64,000 nucleotides of DNA from Candidatus Sysuimicrobiota bacterium (GCA_040289515.1 PSLI01000004.1:11111-75110), one strand, 5' to 3'. Positions 1-10,393 are shown, counted from the first letter of the stretch. Program-made: numbers and translations. The notes: generated from the letters alone by a model not told the origin.

Positions 1-1
1 C

Positions 2-73
2 ATTCTGGAGTTCCTGGCCGGCCGCCGCCCCCACTACGTGGCCAACCCCGAGGTGTTGGAAGGCGAAGGGTGA
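2..73 (+). CDS. 3' end of an unknown CDS, partial at the window edge
   Basis: The open frame from position 2 reads ILEFLAGRRPHYVANPEVLEGEG and ends at TGA 71-73. No family is recognisable from 23 aa. Confidence 0.2.
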   Translation: MLEFLAGRRPHYVANPEVLEGEG

Positions 74-812
74 GGGGGGTCCAGATGGCGACGGAGCTGA
101 CCGCGCGTCACGGCCTGTTCTGGGGAGGGGCGTTTTGCGAGCCACGTTCGGGGAAGTTCTACGAGCTTCGGTACCCCGCGGACCAGCGCCTGGTGGCGGG
201 GGGGGCGGAGGCGGGTCCGGAGGACGTGGCGGACGCGGTGACGGCCGCCGAAGAGGCCCTTGGGGGACTGGGGTCGTCTCGGGCCCGAGCAGCGGGGCAA
301 GCTCCTCTACCGCCTCGCGGACCTGCTGGAGCGCGAGGCGGACCGCCCGGCGGAGCTGGAGACCCTTTGCAACGGCCGGCCCATCCGGGAAATGCGGGCG
401 CAGCCGCCCATCATCCCCTCCTGGTACCGGTACTTCGCGGGGATGGTGGACAAACTGGAGGGTCAGATGGTCTCCGGGGGAGATGCCTGGCTCAACGACG
501 TAATCTGGGTGTCGTTGGGCGTGGTGGCGCAGATCACACCGTGGAACCACCCGCTCCTCATCGGCACCAAGAAAATCGCGCCGGCGCTGGCGGCGGGAGA
601 ACGGGTGGGAGACCATGCGGGAGTACATGGATACCAAGAGCGTGTGGGTGCGGTTGGACCCCACCCCATTCGACTGGTTCTCGGACGAACCCGCGGAGCG
701 CATGCGGATTCCCCTTTGGTCTGACATATGGCAAGGCGATTGTAGACGGGCTGCCGGCGCGTGTCAAGCTGGCAAGTGTATCTTGAAGCACCCCATACTT
801 GTGGTAGGCTAG
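70..812 (+). pseudogene. Aldehyde dehydrogenase pseudogene with frameshifts and an internal deletion
   Basis: ALDH N-terminus (ELTARHGLFWGGAFCEP...AEEALG) sits in frame 70. The middle region (KLLYRLADLLERE...ITPWNHPLLIGTKKIAPALAAGE) is in the frame starting 260. A C-terminal remnant (REYMDTKSVWV) is in a third frame from 615. About 300 aa of the catalytic core are missing. Confidence 0.6.
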
Positions 813-824
813 GAACGTGACCGT

Positions 825-1535
825 ATGATCAGGCCAAACGTCCTGGGGCGACCTACCGCCGTAGAGGCGGTGCTGCAGAAGCTGGAGCGCCTGGTGGCAG
901 AGGGGCGGCTTCCCGGTAGGCGACTGCCCCCGGAGCGCGAGCTGGCAGCACAGTTGCAGACCAGCCGTGCCACCCTGCGGGAAGCTCTGCGTGTGTTGCG
1001 CTCCCTAGGGGTGGTGGAGGCCGCTCCCCGACGGGGCACGCGTCTGGTGAACCCCCTGCCCCTGCCCTTGAAACTGGCCCTGCCGGACCTGGCACGGTTC
1101 GCCAACCCCGCGGAGATCCTGGAGGCGCGGCTTGTAGTGGAACCCGTGGTGACGGCGCTGGCAGCGGTGCGATCGAGCCCCGCGGACTGGCAGCGGCTGG
1201 AGGCGTGTGTTGCGGAGGGGCGCCGCGCGCGCACGCTGGCCGGGTTCGAACGACAGGACCGGGAGTTCCACGTGCGTCTGGCGGAGTGTGCGGGTAACCC
1301 GCCCTTGGCCTTCTTCTCCACCCTGCTGCAGGGGATCCGGGACGAGGCCACGTGGGGCGAGCTCAAGCGGAAGGATCTGGCCCAACCGGGGCACCGGGAG
1401 GCCTACGTGGAGGATCACGCGGCGATTCTGGCCGCCCTGCGGGCCCGCAACGCGGAGGAAGCCCGGGACCGCATGCGGCTGCACCTGCTGCGGGTCCAAG
1501 AGAACCTGTTCGGGGCCGCCGCCCGGTCCATCTGA
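825..1535 (+). CDS. GntR/FadR-family transcriptional regulator
   Basis: N-terminal GntR HTH (PPERELAAQLQTSRATLREALRVLRSLGVVE) followed by an FCD-like C-terminal domain. 236 aa. Confidence 0.8.
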   Translation: MIRPNVLGRPTAVEAVLQKLERLVAEGRLPGRRLPPERELAAQLQTSRATLREALRVLRSLGVVEAAPRRGTRLVNPLPLPLKLALPDLARFANPAEILEARLVVEPVVTALAAVRSSPADWQRLEACVAEGRRARTLAGFERQDREFHVRLAECAGNPPLAFFSTLLQGIRDEATWGELKRKDLAQPGHREAYVEDHAAILAALRARNAEEARDRMRLHLLRVQENLFGAAARSI

Positions 1536-1557
1536 CCCATCTGGATCGGAGGCGCGT

Positions 1558-2292
1558 ATGAAGCGAGCACGCGTTTGGTTCCACGGACAGGCTCACGAAG
1601 CACGCATCGAGGGAGACGTGGCAGTGCTGGCCTCTGGCCAGCGGGTGGCCCGGGGGGAGGTCCGGCTGCTGCCTCCTACCCTACCCACCAAGATCATCTG
1701 CGTGGGGTTCAACTACCGCGACCACGCGCAGGAACTGCAGGTGGAGATTCCCAAGGAGCCCCTGTTCTTCCTCAAACCTCCCAGCGCCCTGGTAGCACCC
1801 GGGGAACCCATCGTGTACCCGGCGCACACCTGGCGGCTGGACTACGAGGGGGAGCTGGCGGTGGTCATCGGGCAACGCTGCCGCCACGTGGGCCCGGAGG
1901 AGGCACGGGAAGTGATCCTGGGCTACTCGGTCCTGAACGACATCACAGCCCGGGACGTGCAGAAGGGGGAAAGGCAGTGGGTGCGCGCTAAGGCCTTCGA
2001 TGGCTCTGCGCCGTACGGGCCATGGGTAGAGACCGAACTGGACCCCACCGACGTGCGCCTGGTCACCCGCGTGAACGGCGAGGTACGCCAAGACTCCTCC
2101 ACCCGCAACATGATCTTCGACGTGTTCGAGCTGGTGGCGGAGGCTTCCCGGTACATGACCCTGGAGCCTGGGGACGTGATCGCCACGGGGACACCGCCGG
2201 GAGTGGGACCGGTGCAACCCGGGGACGTGGTGGAGATCACCGTCGAGGGGGTGGGGACGCTGGTGAACCCGGTGGTGGCGGGGCCCCGGTGA
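1558..2292 (+). CDS. Fumarylacetoacetate hydrolase (FAH) family protein
   Basis: FAH-fold motifs KIICVGFNYRDHA, DYEGELAVVIG, GDVIATGTPPGVG. ATG at 1558 lies inside a longer ORF. Confidence 0.8.
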   Translation: MKRARVWFHGQAHEARIEGDVAVLASGQRVARGEVRLLPPTLPTKIICVGFNYRDHAQELQVEIPKEPLFFLKPPSALVAPGEPIVYPAHTWRLDYEGELAVVIGQRCRHVGPEEAREVILGYSVLNDITARDVQKGERQWVRAKAFDGSAPYGPWVETELDPTDVRLVTRVNGEVRQDSSTRNMIFDVFELVAEASRYMTLEPGDVIATGTPPGVGPVQPGDVVEITVEGVGTLVNPVVAGPR

Positions 2293-2371
2293 GCCTTCCG
2301 GCCCGGAGGTCGGCGGTTACGGCCTCAGGAGGGTATGAGGAGACCAGGACGCAACAGGCTTCGGAGATACG

Positions 2372-2447
<76 letters not shown>

Positions 2448-2458
2448 ACGCGCCCAGG

Positions 2459-2467
2459 ATTGTACCA
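2459..2467 (-). promoter_or_regulatory. Putative extended -10 (TGgTACAAT) for tRNA-Ala
   Basis: The reverse complement reads TGGTACAAT about 12 nt upstream of the tRNA 5' end. No clear -35. Confidence 0.3.
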
Positions 2468-2528
2468 CACCCAGGCCCCCGCGGGCGCCGGCGGCGTATC
2501 ATGGAAGCCGGAAGACCAGGAGGCGGCG

Positions 2529-3005
2529 ATGCTGGAACCGGGTGCGCCGGCACCGGAGTTTGAGCTGGTGGATCAAGCGGGCCAACGGGTGCGGCTCCGA
2601 GACTTCCGGGGCCGCCGCGTGGTCCTGTACTTCTATCCCAAGGACGGCACCCCCGGCTGCACCCGGGAGGCTTGCTCGTTTCGGGACGTACACGGCCAGC
2701 TGCAGCGGGCGGGGGTGGTGGTGCTGGGCGTGAGCCCCGACAGCCCGGAGTCCCACACCAGGTTCCGAGAACGTCACAACCTGCCCTTCCCCCTGCTATC
2801 GGACCCCCAGGGGCAGGCGGCGCGGGTGTATGGGGCGTGGGGCCAGAAGACCATGTACGGCCGGAAGCGCTGGGGGGTGGTGCGGACCACCTTCCTCATC
2901 GGCCCGGACGGGCGGATCGAACGCGTGTGGCGCCGGGTCAGGCCCGACGGCCACGGCGCGGAAGTCCTGGCCGCGCTCCAGGCCGAATCGCGGGAGGGGG
3001 CATGA
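2529..3005 (+). CDS. bcp: Thiol peroxidase Bcp (peroxiredoxin)
   Basis: APEFELVDQAG...YFYPKDGTPGCTREACSFRD. AGGAGG RBS ahead of ATG 2529. Confidence 0.85.
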   Translation: MLEPGAPAPEFELVDQAGQRVRLRDFRGRRVVLYFYPKDGTPGCTREACSFRDVHGQLQRAGVVVLGVSPDSPESHTRFRERHNLPFPLLSDPQGQAARVYGAWGQKTMYGRKRWGVVRTTFLIGPDGRIERVWRRVRPDGHGAEVLAALQAESREGA

Positions 3006-5317
3006 GGCACCAACCCGTGCGGCGGAGGTCGAGCGGCCGCCGGCGTTGGACCCGGTGGCTGGCCGCGGGGCTGGTAGCGCTGGCTGCAGCGGCCACCGTC
3101 GCAACCGTGAGCCTGGCCGTCCTGGTCAGCACGCTGCGAGCCAGCCTGCCGGACTTGGCTACCCTGTACCAGCCCCCGAACCAGGCCACGCGCATCTACG
3201 CGGCGGACGGGGAACTCATTGCCAGCCTGTACCGGGAGAACCGGGCGTCCGTGCGCCTGGAGGCCATCCCGGAGGTTCTGCAGCAGGCGGTGGTGGCCAT
3301 CGAGGACGAACGGTTCTACCAGCACCGGGGCGTGGATCCGCGGGGCATCCTACGGGCTACCTGGCGGAACCTGACCCGGCAAGCGGTGGTCGAGGGTGGC
3401 AGCACCATCACCCAGCAGCTGGCCCGCAACCTGTTCCTCAGCCCGCGGCGGAGCCTGGACCGCAAGCTGCAGGAGATGCTCCTGGCGGTGGAGATTGAGC
3501 GCCGGCTCACCAAGCAGGAGATCCTCGAGCGTTACCTCAACCAGGTGTACTTCGGCAACGGTGCGTACGGCGTGGAGATGGCCGCCCGCCTGTTCTTCGG
3601 CAAGAGCGTGCGCGCCCTGACTCTTCCGGAGGCAGCCCTGCTGGCGGGCGTCATCCAGGCCCCCTCACGGTATTCGCCCTTCGACCACTTCCCGCTGGCC
3701 AAGCGGCGGCAGGAGGTGGTGCTGGATCGCATGGTGGAGCTGGGCTTCCTAAGCCGGGAGGAGGCGGAGGAGGCCAAGAAGGCACCCCTGCGCCTGAACC
3801 CGGGCCCGCGAAATCTGGGCCTGGTGGGGGTTCGGGCCCCATACTTCGTCTCGTACATCCTTCCCTACCTGGTGGAGCGGCACGGGGAGGACGCCGTGTA
3901 CAACGGCGGCCTGCAGGTGTACACCACCCTGGATCCTCGTCTGCAGGCGCTCGCGCAGCAGGTGATCACCCAAGGCGTGGAGGAGGCGCGTCGTGCCGGA
4001 CTGCGGGTGACCCAGGGGGCTCTCGTGGCCCTGGAGCCCGGCTCGGGCAGGATCCTGGCGATGGTGGGCGGGGTGAACTTCCAGCGATCCCAGTTCAACC
4101 GGGCCTGGCAGTCTCGGCGTCAGCCCGGCTCCGCCTTCAAGCCCTTCGTGTACACCGCGGCCCTGGAAGCCGGCGTCTCACCCGACCGGGTTCTCCTGGA
4201 CGCCCCGGTGGGGTACCGGATCGCGGGGTGGGGTTACTGGTGGCCGAAGAATTACGATGGCACGTACTGGGGCCCTGTCTCCCTGCGGGTGGCGCTGGAG
4301 CAGTCCCGGAACATCCCCGCCGTGCGCATGCTGGCGGAGCTGGGGCCTCAGGCGGTGATCGATACCGCGCGGCGCATGGGGATCCGCAGCCCCCTGCAGC
4401 CCAACCTGTCCTTGGCGCTGGGAACCTCGGAGGTGACGCCTCTGGAGATGGCCGCGGCGTTTGCCACCCTGGCTGCGGGGGGCGTGTACGCGGAGCCCGT
4501 GGCCATTACCAAGGTGCTGGACGCCAAGGGGCGCGTGCTGGAGGAGGTCCGGCCCCAGCGGCGCCTGGCCCTGCGCCCGGAGGTGGCCTACCTGATGACG
4601 GACCTTCTGCGGGGCGTGATCCTGCGGGGCACTGGTCGGGCCGCGGATCCAGGTCGGCCCGCGGCGGGTAAGACGGGGACCACGGACGATTATCGGAATG
4701 CGTGGTTTGTGGGCTACACCCCGGAGCTGGCGGTGGCGGTGTGGGTGGGCAACGACGACAACAGCCCCACCAACCGCGTGGTCGGAGGGTCGGTACCCGC
4801 ACGGCTGTGGGCTCGGTTCGTCAGGCGAGCCCTGGCGGGCAGGCCCCCCGCGAACTTCCCGGTGCCCCCGGGAATCGTGCACGTACCGGTGTGCATGCAG
4901 GAACGTGCGGACGGCACGTGCGAGCGGCAGGCGTGGCGGGCGATCCTGCGGGAGCAGCAGGCTTCCCCACCTCCCAGTCCGGAAGCGGTCCAGGTCCCGC
5001 CCCCGGAGGATGCCTCCGTGCGGGCTCCGTCAGTAGTGCTGCTCCAACCGCAGCAGGGAGCTCCGGTAACATCCCCCTTTTTGGTGGAGGGCCGGGCCTG
5101 GCCCGGCGCCCGGGTGCGTTTGCGGGTCGTCATGGAGGGAGGCCCCGCACCGGTCACGGTGGTGGACACGCAGCTTTCCGCGGGGCCGGACGGCTTCTTC
5201 GCGTACACCGTGGAGTCAGCGCTGCGGTTTTCCGGGGCCCGGTACCGCATCGCGGCGGAGGCCACGGGACCCCAGGGTACCGTGGCAAGCGCCGCGGTGA
5301 CGGCGCAGGAACGCTAG
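3002..5317 (+). CDS. Penicillin-binding protein 1A (bifunctional transglycosylase/transpeptidase) with a ~130-aa C-terminal extension
   Basis: GT51 motifs (EDERFYQHRGVD, GGSTITQQLARN) and a transpeptidase domain (SAFKPF, KTGTT). ATG 3002 overlaps the bcp stop as ATGA. N-terminal TM anchor. Confidence 0.85.
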   Translation: MRHQPVRRRSSGRRRWTRWLAAGLVALAAAATVATVSLAVLVSTLRASLPDLATLYQPPNQATRIYAADGELIASLYRENRASVRLEAIPEVLQQAVVAIEDERFYQHRGVDPRGILRATWRNLTRQAVVEGGSTITQQLARNLFLSPRRSLDRKLQEMLLAVEIERRLTKQEILERYLNQVYFGNGAYGVEMAARLFFGKSVRALTLPEAALLAGVIQAPSRYSPFDHFPLAKRRQEVVLDRMVELGFLSREEAEEAKKAPLRLNPGPRNLGLVGVRAPYFVSYILPYLVERHGEDAVYNGGLQVYTTLDPRLQALAQQVITQGVEEARRAGLRVTQGALVALEPGSGRILAMVGGVNFQRSQFNRAWQSRRQPGSAFKPFVYTAALEAGVSPDRVLLDAPVGYRIAGWGYWWPKNYDGTYWGPVSLRVALEQSRNIPAVRMLAELGPQAVIDTARRMGIRSPLQPNLSLALGTSEVTPLEMAAAFATLAAGGVYAEPVAITKVLDAKGRVLEEVRPQRRLALRPEVAYLMTDLLRGVILRGTGRAADPGRPAAGKTGTTDDYRNAWFVGYTPELAVAVWVGNDDNSPTNRVVGGSVPARLWARFVRRALAGRPPANFPVPPGIVHVPVCMQERADGTCERQAWRAILREQQASPPPSPEAVQVPPPEDASVRAPSVVLLQPQQGAPVTSPFLVEGRAWPGARVRLRVVMEGGPAPVTVVDTQLSAGPDGFFAYTVESALRFSGARYRIAAEATGPQGTVASAAVTAQER

Positions 5318-5344
5318 CGGGGACGCAAGGCGAGGTGAGGACCC

Positions 5345-6091
5345 ATGGCAGGCCACTCCAAGTGGCACAACATCCGCATCAAGAAGGAGAAGATGGACAA
5401 GGTGCGGGGACGGCTGTTCAGCAAGCTGACCCGGGAGATCATCGTGGCCGCGCGGGAGGGAGGGGGCAACCCCGACACCAACGTACGGCTCCGCAGCGCC
5501 ATCGACCGGGCCCGGGACGCCGGGATGCCCAACGAGAACATCCAGCGGGCTATCGCCCGGGGCACGGGGGCCGTGAGCGGCGAGCACTACGAGGAGGTGA
5601 CCTACGAGGGCTACGGGCCCGGCGGAGTCGCTATTCTGGTCCGGGCAGCCACCGACAACCGCAACCGTACCGCCGCGGAGGTGCGGGCCGTGTTCCACCG
5701 CTACGAAGGGAGCTTGGCGGAAGCGGGTGCGGTAGCGTGGATGTTCGACCTGAAGGGCGTCATCCAGGTGGAGCGGCCGAAGGTCTCCGAGGACCAGCTG
5801 ATGCTGCAGGCCCTGGAGGCGGGGGCGGAGGACGTACGAGGGGAGGGGGATACCTACGACGTGCTCACTGCACCGGAGGACCTGGGGCGCGTGCGGGACG
5901 CCCTCGTGAAGGCGGGCATCCCCGTCACCCGGGCGGAGCTCCAGCAGGTGCCCAAGACCACCGTGCCCGTCTCGGGGCCGGAGGCAGAACGGGTGCTGCG
6001 CCTGCTGGACGCCCTTGAGGACCTGGATGACGTGCAGCAAGTGTACGCCAACTTCGACATCCCAGAGGAGATCCTTCAGCGGGTGGGCTAG
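5345..6091 (+). CDS. yebC: YebC/PmpR-family DNA-binding regulator
   Basis: MAGHSKWHNIRIKKEK signature. 248 aa. Confidence 0.9.
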   Translation: MAGHSKWHNIRIKKEKMDKVRGRLFSKLTREIIVAAREGGGNPDTNVRLRSAIDRARDAGMPNENIQRAIARGTGAVSGEHYEEVTYEGYGPGGVAILVRAATDNRNRTAAEVRAVFHRYEGSLAEAGAVAWMFDLKGVIQVERPKVSEDQLMLQALEAGAEDVRGEGDTYDVLTAPEDLGRVRDALVKAGIPVTRAELQQVPKTTVPVSGPEAERVLRLLDALEDLDDVQQVYANFDIPEEILQRVG

Positions 6092-6162
6092 GCAGTTTCC
6101 GGAAGCCACCTTCGGGCGGAAAGCAGGCGTCCCAGCCCCCGCCGCAGAATTCCCGTTCGAGG

Positions 6163-6660
6163 ATGTTGGTCGTGGGACTGGATCCCGGCTGGCGGTGCAC
6201 CGGCTACGCGGTGGTGCAGGGGAGCGCCGCAGGCCTGTGGGTGCGGGAGTTGGGGGTGCTGCGGACAGAGGCGACGGACCTTTCGGCGCGGCTGCGGGAA
6301 GTGTACCGGGAGGCCGTGGGGCTGCTGCGGGAGGCCAGGCCGCAGGTGGTGGCGCTCGAGGATTTGTTCAGCCATGCGCACCACCCCCGCACCGCGGTGC
6401 TCATGGGACACGTGCGGGGGGTTTTGTGCCTGGCGGCCGCGGAGTTTGGGGCGCAGGTACGCACATTGGCCCCCGCGGAGGTGAAGGGCGCGGTGTGCGG
6501 CAACGGGCGCGCCACCAAGGCGCAGGTGCAGGCAGCCGTCCGGGCGTCTCTAGGAGTGCAGGAGGCGTTGGACCCGCACGCGGCGGACGCCCTGGCCCTG
6601 GCGGTTACGATCCTCGCGCGGTCGGGGTTCCCCGTAAGGACCCCGGGGGTGGCGCGGTGA
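6163..6660 (+). CDS. ruvC: Holliday junction resolvase RuvC
   Basis: MLVVGLDPGWRCTGYAVV start. RNase-H fold resolvase. 165 aa. Confidence 0.9.
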   Translation: MLVVGLDPGWRCTGYAVVQGSAAGLWVRELGVLRTEATDLSARLREVYREAVGLLREARPQVVALEDLFSHAHHPRTAVLMGHVRGVLCLAAAEFGAQVRTLAPAEVKGAVCGNGRATKAQVQAAVRASLGVQEALDPHAADALALAVTILARSGFPVRTPGVAR

Positions 6661-7289
6661 TCGCCTTCCTGAAGGGGAGGGTGGTTCAGCGAGGGGAGGG
6701 GACCCTCGTGGTGGAGTGCGGGGGGGTGGGCTACGAGGTGGCCTTACCCGCCTACCTGGCGGACCAGTGGAACCCCCGGGAAGGCGACACGGTGGAGCTG
6801 CACGTTTCCTACCAGGTAAGTGCCAACCATCCCAAACCCCTGCTCGTGGGGTTCCTGCGCCGGGCGGAGCAGGAGTTCTTCGAGCGGTTCATCACCGTGG
6901 ACGGCATGGGGCCCACCCGGGCTGTGCGGGCCATGTCCCGGCCGGTGCACGAGATCGCGGACGCCATCGAGCGGCGGGACGTAAGCTTCCTCAAGCGGCT
7001 GCCGGGGCTGGGCGAGCGCACGGCCCAGAAAGTGGTGGCTTCCCTACACGGGAAGGTGGCCAAGTACGCCCTCCTGCGGGAGGACCTGCCCCCGGGCCCT
7101 GCGGGCGCTGCGGACTTCCGGGAGGAGGTCCTGGAGGTGCTGACCCGGCAGCTGGGGCACCGGCCCGCGGAGGCGCGGCGCATGGTGGAGGAGGCGCTGC
7201 GCCGCAACCCGGCCATCTCCAGCACGGAGGAGCTGTTCCAGGAGGTCTACCGGGCCCAGCGCCAGCACGTACCTGAGGAGGCTACGTGA
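6657..7289 (+). CDS. ruvA: Holliday junction branch-migration protein RuvA
   Basis: [10 protein letters not shown]...GVGYEV. GTG start overlaps the ruvC stop as GTGA. Confidence 0.85.
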   Translation: MIAFLKGRVVQRGEGTLVVECGGVGYEVALPAYLADQWNPREGDTVELHVSYQVSANHPKPLLVGFLRRAEQEFFERFITVDGMGPTRAVRAMSRPVHEIADAIERRDVSFLKRLPGLGERTAQKVVASLHGKVAKYALLREDLPPGPAGAADFREEVLEVLTRQLGHRPAEARRMVEEALRRNPAISSTEELFQEVYRAQRQHVPEEAT

Positions 7290-8314
7290 GCCGCGAACGG
7301 TTCTCCACCAGCCAGCTTCCCCCAGAGGAGCTCAACTTCCTGCGCCAGCTCCGTCCCCGCAGCCTGGACGAGTGCGTGGGGCAGACGAAGGTGCGGGAGG
7401 GGCTTCGGATCGCCATCCAGGCCGCGCGGGCCCGCGGGGAGCCGTTGGACCACATCCTGCTGCACGGACCCCCCGGCCTGGGGAAGACCACCCTGGCCAA
7501 CGTGGTGGCTGGGGAGATGGGTGCCAAGCTGGTTCAGACCTCGGGCCCGGCCCTGGAGCGGGGTGGGGACCTGATGGGGATCCTCACCAACCTGGAGTAC
7601 GGGGATGTGCTGTTCGTGGACGAGATCCATCGCCTGCCGCGGGTCGTGGAAGAGTTCCTGTACCCGGCCATGGAGGACTTCTGCGTGCACTTCGTCCTGG
7701 ACAGGGGCGTACACGCTCGGACCCTGCGGTACACCCTGAAGCCCTTTACCCTCATCGGGGCCACCACCCGCGCGGGCCTGCTCACCTCGCCCCTGCGGGA
7801 ACGGTTCGGCATCTTTTACCACCTCGACTTTTACTCCCAGGAGGAGCTCAGCCAGCTGGTGTGCCGGTCTGCCCGCATCTTGGGCGTGCCCATCACCGAC
7901 GGCGGCGCGCGGGAGATCGCCCGTAGGTCCCGGGGTACCCCCCGTGTGGCCAACCGCCTGCTCCGCCGCGTGCGGGACTACGCCCAGGTGCGGTGCGAGG
8001 GCCGCGTGACGGAGGAGGTGGCGCGGGAGGCGCTGGAGTTCGAAGGGGTGGACGAGGTAGGCCTAGATGCCTTCGACCGGGAACTGCTGCGGGTGGTGGC
8101 GGAGGTGTACGGGGGCGGGCCGGTGGGGGTGGAGGCGCTGGCCGCCACCCTCAACGAGGAGCCCGACACGCTGGTGGAGGTGGTGGAGCCCTACCTGCTC
8201 AAGATCGGCTTTCTGACCCGGACGCCTGCGGGCCGACGGATCACCCCCGCAGCCTACGCGCATCTGGGCCTGCCCCTTCCCGGGGACGTCCGGAGCCAGG
8301 GTACGTTATTCTAG
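7286..8314 (+). CDS. ruvB: Holliday junction helicase RuvB
   Basis: AAA+ Walker [15 protein letters not shown] start overlaps the ruvA stop. Confidence 0.9.
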   Translation: MSRERFSTSQLPPEELNFLRQLRPRSLDECVGQTKVREGLRIAIQAARARGEPLDHILLHGPPGLGKTTLANVVAGEMGAKLVQTSGPALERGGDLMGILTNLEYGDVLFVDEIHRLPRVVEEFLYPAMEDFCVHFVLDRGVHARTLRYTLKPFTLIGATTRAGLLTSPLRERFGIFYHLDFYSQEELSQLVCRSARILGVPITDGGAREIARRSRGTPRVANRLLRRVRDYAQVRCEGRVTEEVAREALEFEGVDEVGLDAFDRELLRVVAEVYGGGPVGVEALAATLNEEPDTLVEVVEPYLLKIGFLTRTPAGRRITPAAYAHLGLPLPGDVRSQGTLF

Positions 8315-8361
8315 GACCCGCTTGCGGGTTTTACCGGACAGCAACGCCGCGGAGGGAGGCC

Positions 8362-8580
8362 ATGGCCGATCTGGGTCGTTTGCTGATGGTTTTCGGCGTG
8401 ATCCTGGTGCTCGTGGGTCTGTTCTTCGTGCTGGTGCCCCGCGCAAGCCTTCCGCGCCTTCCGGGGGACATCCTCATCCAGCGGGACGGCTTCACCTTTT
8501 ACTTCCCCGTGGTAACCAGCATCGTCATCAGCGTGGTCCTGACCTTGCTCCTCAACGCCTTGTGGTGGGCCAAGCGGTGA
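8362..8580 (+). CDS. DUF2905-family small membrane protein
   Basis: 72 aa, two TM helices, GDILIQRDGFTFYFP motif. GGAGGG RBS. Confidence 0.55.
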   Translation: MADLGRLLMVFGVILVLVGLFFVLVPRASLPRLPGDILIQRDGFTFYFPVVTSIVISVVLTLLLNALWWAKR

Positions 8581-9707
8581 GGCGGTGGGTCGCGATCCTG
8601 TCCGGGACGGCCCTGCTGGTCGCCTGCGGAGCACCCGCCTGCGCCCAGCGGGTGCAACTCATCCGGGTGGGCTTGCTGATGGGCCGGCCGGAGGTGGTGC
8701 TGAGCGCGGACGCGCCCTTGCGGGTGCTGGACGTGCAGCTGGACCGACAGGACCAGCTACCGGTGGGCGCGTGGGCCTTCCGGGCGGTGGCAGGCGGCAT
8801 TGAAGTACCCGGGGTGGCCCGCTACGGGCCCATGGTCCGGGTTTCCGCGGAACTGGATCGCCCCGTGCGGGTGGAGGACAAGCTGCGGGCGTACCGAGGC
8901 GTGGTGGAGCTGCGCCGCGGGGAGGCGGGGCTCACGGTGGTCAACGAGGTGGAGCTGGAGGCGTACCTGTACGGGGTCCTGAAGATGGAGATCAACCCCG
9001 CGTGGCCCGCGGAGGCGGTCAAGGCACAGGCGGTGGCGGCCCGCACCCTGGCGGTGGCCAGCCTGGGGCGGTTCGCCCGGGAGGGCTACGACATCCGGGA
9101 CACCACCGACTTCCAGGTGTACGGGGGCGTGACCTTCGAGGACCCGCGTGCCACCGCGGCGGTGGACGCGACCCGGGGACTGGTGATGACCTACCGGGGC
9201 CAGCCCATCCTGGCCGTGTACCACGCGGACTCCGGAGGCCGGACGGAGTCCAGCGAGAACGTTTGGGGGCAGGCGTACCCGTACCTCCGCGGGGTGGAGG
9301 ACCCCTACAGCGCGGGATCCCCGTACGAGCGCTGGAGCTACTCGGTGTCCGCAAACCAGCTGGAGGAATCCCTCCGGCGCGGCGGGGTGGCAGTGCGCGG
9401 CTTGCGAGCGGTCGAGGTGGCGGAGGTCAGTGAGTCCGGAAGGGCCCTGCGCGTGCGTTTGGTGGGCACGGAGGGTCTGGAGATCTCCGGCCACCGGCTG
9501 CGCATGCTCGTGGGGCCCGACGTGCTCCGCAGCACGCTGTTCTGGGTCCGTACCGAAGGCGGTATGGTAACCTTCGAGGGCCGGGGATGGGGTCACGGGG
9601 TGGGCCTGTCACAGTGGGGCGCGCGGGGGATGGCCCTGAGGGGCTTCGACTTTGTCCGCATCCTTCAGCACTACTACACGGGCGTACAGGTGGTGCCGGC
9701 CCCCTGA
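8577..9707 (+). CDS. SpoIID/LytB-domain protein (peptidoglycan lytic)
   Basis: AVYHADSGGRTESSENVWG motif. GTG start overlaps the previous stop. Signal-peptide-like N-terminus. Confidence 0.75.
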   Translation: MRRWVAILSGTALLVACGAPACAQRVQLIRVGLLMGRPEVVLSADAPLRVLDVQLDRQDQLPVGAWAFRAVAGGIEVPGVARYGPMVRVSAELDRPVRVEDKLRAYRGVVELRRGEAGLTVVNEVELEAYLYGVLKMEINPAWPAEAVKAQAVAARTLAVASLGRFAREGYDIRDTTDFQVYGGVTFEDPRATAAVDATRGLVMTYRGQPILAVYHADSGGRTESSENVWGQAYPYLRGVEDPYSAGSPYERWSYSVSANQLEESLRRGGVAVRGLRAVEVAEVSESGRALRVRLVGTEGLEISGHRLRMLVGPDVLRSTLFWVRTEGGMVTFEGRGWGHGVGLSQWGARGMALRGFDFVRILQHYYTGVQVVPAP

Positions 9708-9710
9708 GGA

Positions 9711-10289
9711 TCACGACTCCACGCGGACCCAGCCTCGCGTGAGAGGGTCCCACTCCTCCAGGGGGCGGCCCATGTAGTCGCGGCCCTCTACCTTGTAGCC
9801 CGCAGCCTGCAACCGGCGCTGGGCCTCCCTCCAGTATCGATAGTCCACCTGCCAGTGGCCGCGCCGCAAAGGGTTGGGATAGGCACCCAACCCTCCCAGA
9901 AGCTTGCGCAGGTTTGCTTCCTCGGAAGGGTCAGCCTGGATCTCCACGCCCTGGTTAACGGTCCCCACCGCCACCAGGTGAGGGTTAGCCAGCGGGCTGA
10001 GGGGGCTGGCACCTGGGTTGTGGCTGGCCACCGGGACTGGCACGCTGGGTGCCTGCGGCGCCGCCTGCGTCTGCCGTGCCCCTGCCGCCAAGGCGGCGGC
10101 CTCCCCCGCTATACCCTCTGCCTTTTTGGCGGCCCAACGGGCCTTGGCCTCCTCGATGAGGCGCTTGCGCTCCGCCTCCTTCTGCGGGTCCACCACCGGT
10201 CGGCGCGGCCGCTCCTGTTCGGCCACTGCAACCCTCCTGGGTACGTTCCCAACCGGATTATACGGGAAAGGCGGGGCCTTCGCGGGCAT
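9711..10289 (-). CDS. Hypothetical protein (Ala/Pro/Lys-rich N-terminus, conserved-looking C-terminal domain)
   Basis: Only substantial minus-strand ORF with coding-like composition. 192 aa. Convergent with the SpoIID gene. Confidence 0.45.
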   Translation of the reverse strand: MPAKAPPFPYNPVGNVPRRVAVAEQERPRRPVVDPQKEAERKRLIEEAKARWAAKKAEGIAGEAAALAAGARQTQAAPQAPSVPVPVASHNPGASPLSPLANPHLVAVGTVNQGVEIQADPSEEANLRKLLGGLGAYPNPLRRGHWQVDYRYWREAQRRLQAAGYKVEGRDYMGRPLEEWDPLTRGWVRVES

Positions 10290-10302
10290 CTCCGCCCGCG
10301 CA

Positions 10303-10311
10303 TGTTATACT
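10303..10311 (+). promoter_or_regulatory. Putative extended -10 (TGtTATACT) upstream of yajC
   Basis: TGTTATACT in the divergent intergenic region, about 85 nt upstream of the yajC start. -35 not evident. Confidence 0.25.
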
Positions 10312-10393
10312 GCAGCCGGCCACGCCTCCGGGAGAGGGGTGGCGGGGTGAAGGAATCCGGTCGGGGGCCGATGACAGGGACGAAGGAGGCGCC

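Noticed and set aside
615-812. 65-aa ORF treated as an independent gene
   Set aside because: Its only recognisable part is the extreme C-terminus of an aldehyde dehydrogenase. It is treated as part of the ALDH pseudogene.
4702-6018. 438-aa + strand ORF in an alternate frame spanning the PBP1A 3' end and yebC
   Set aside because: Gly/Arg/Pro-rich nonsense translation overlapping two strongly supported genes. It is a frame artefact.
6092-6162. Possible terminator hairpin after yebC (ttccggaagccaccttcggg)
   Set aside because: The stem is imperfect (CCGGAAG vs CTTCGG) and there is no U-tract, so it was not reported as a feature.
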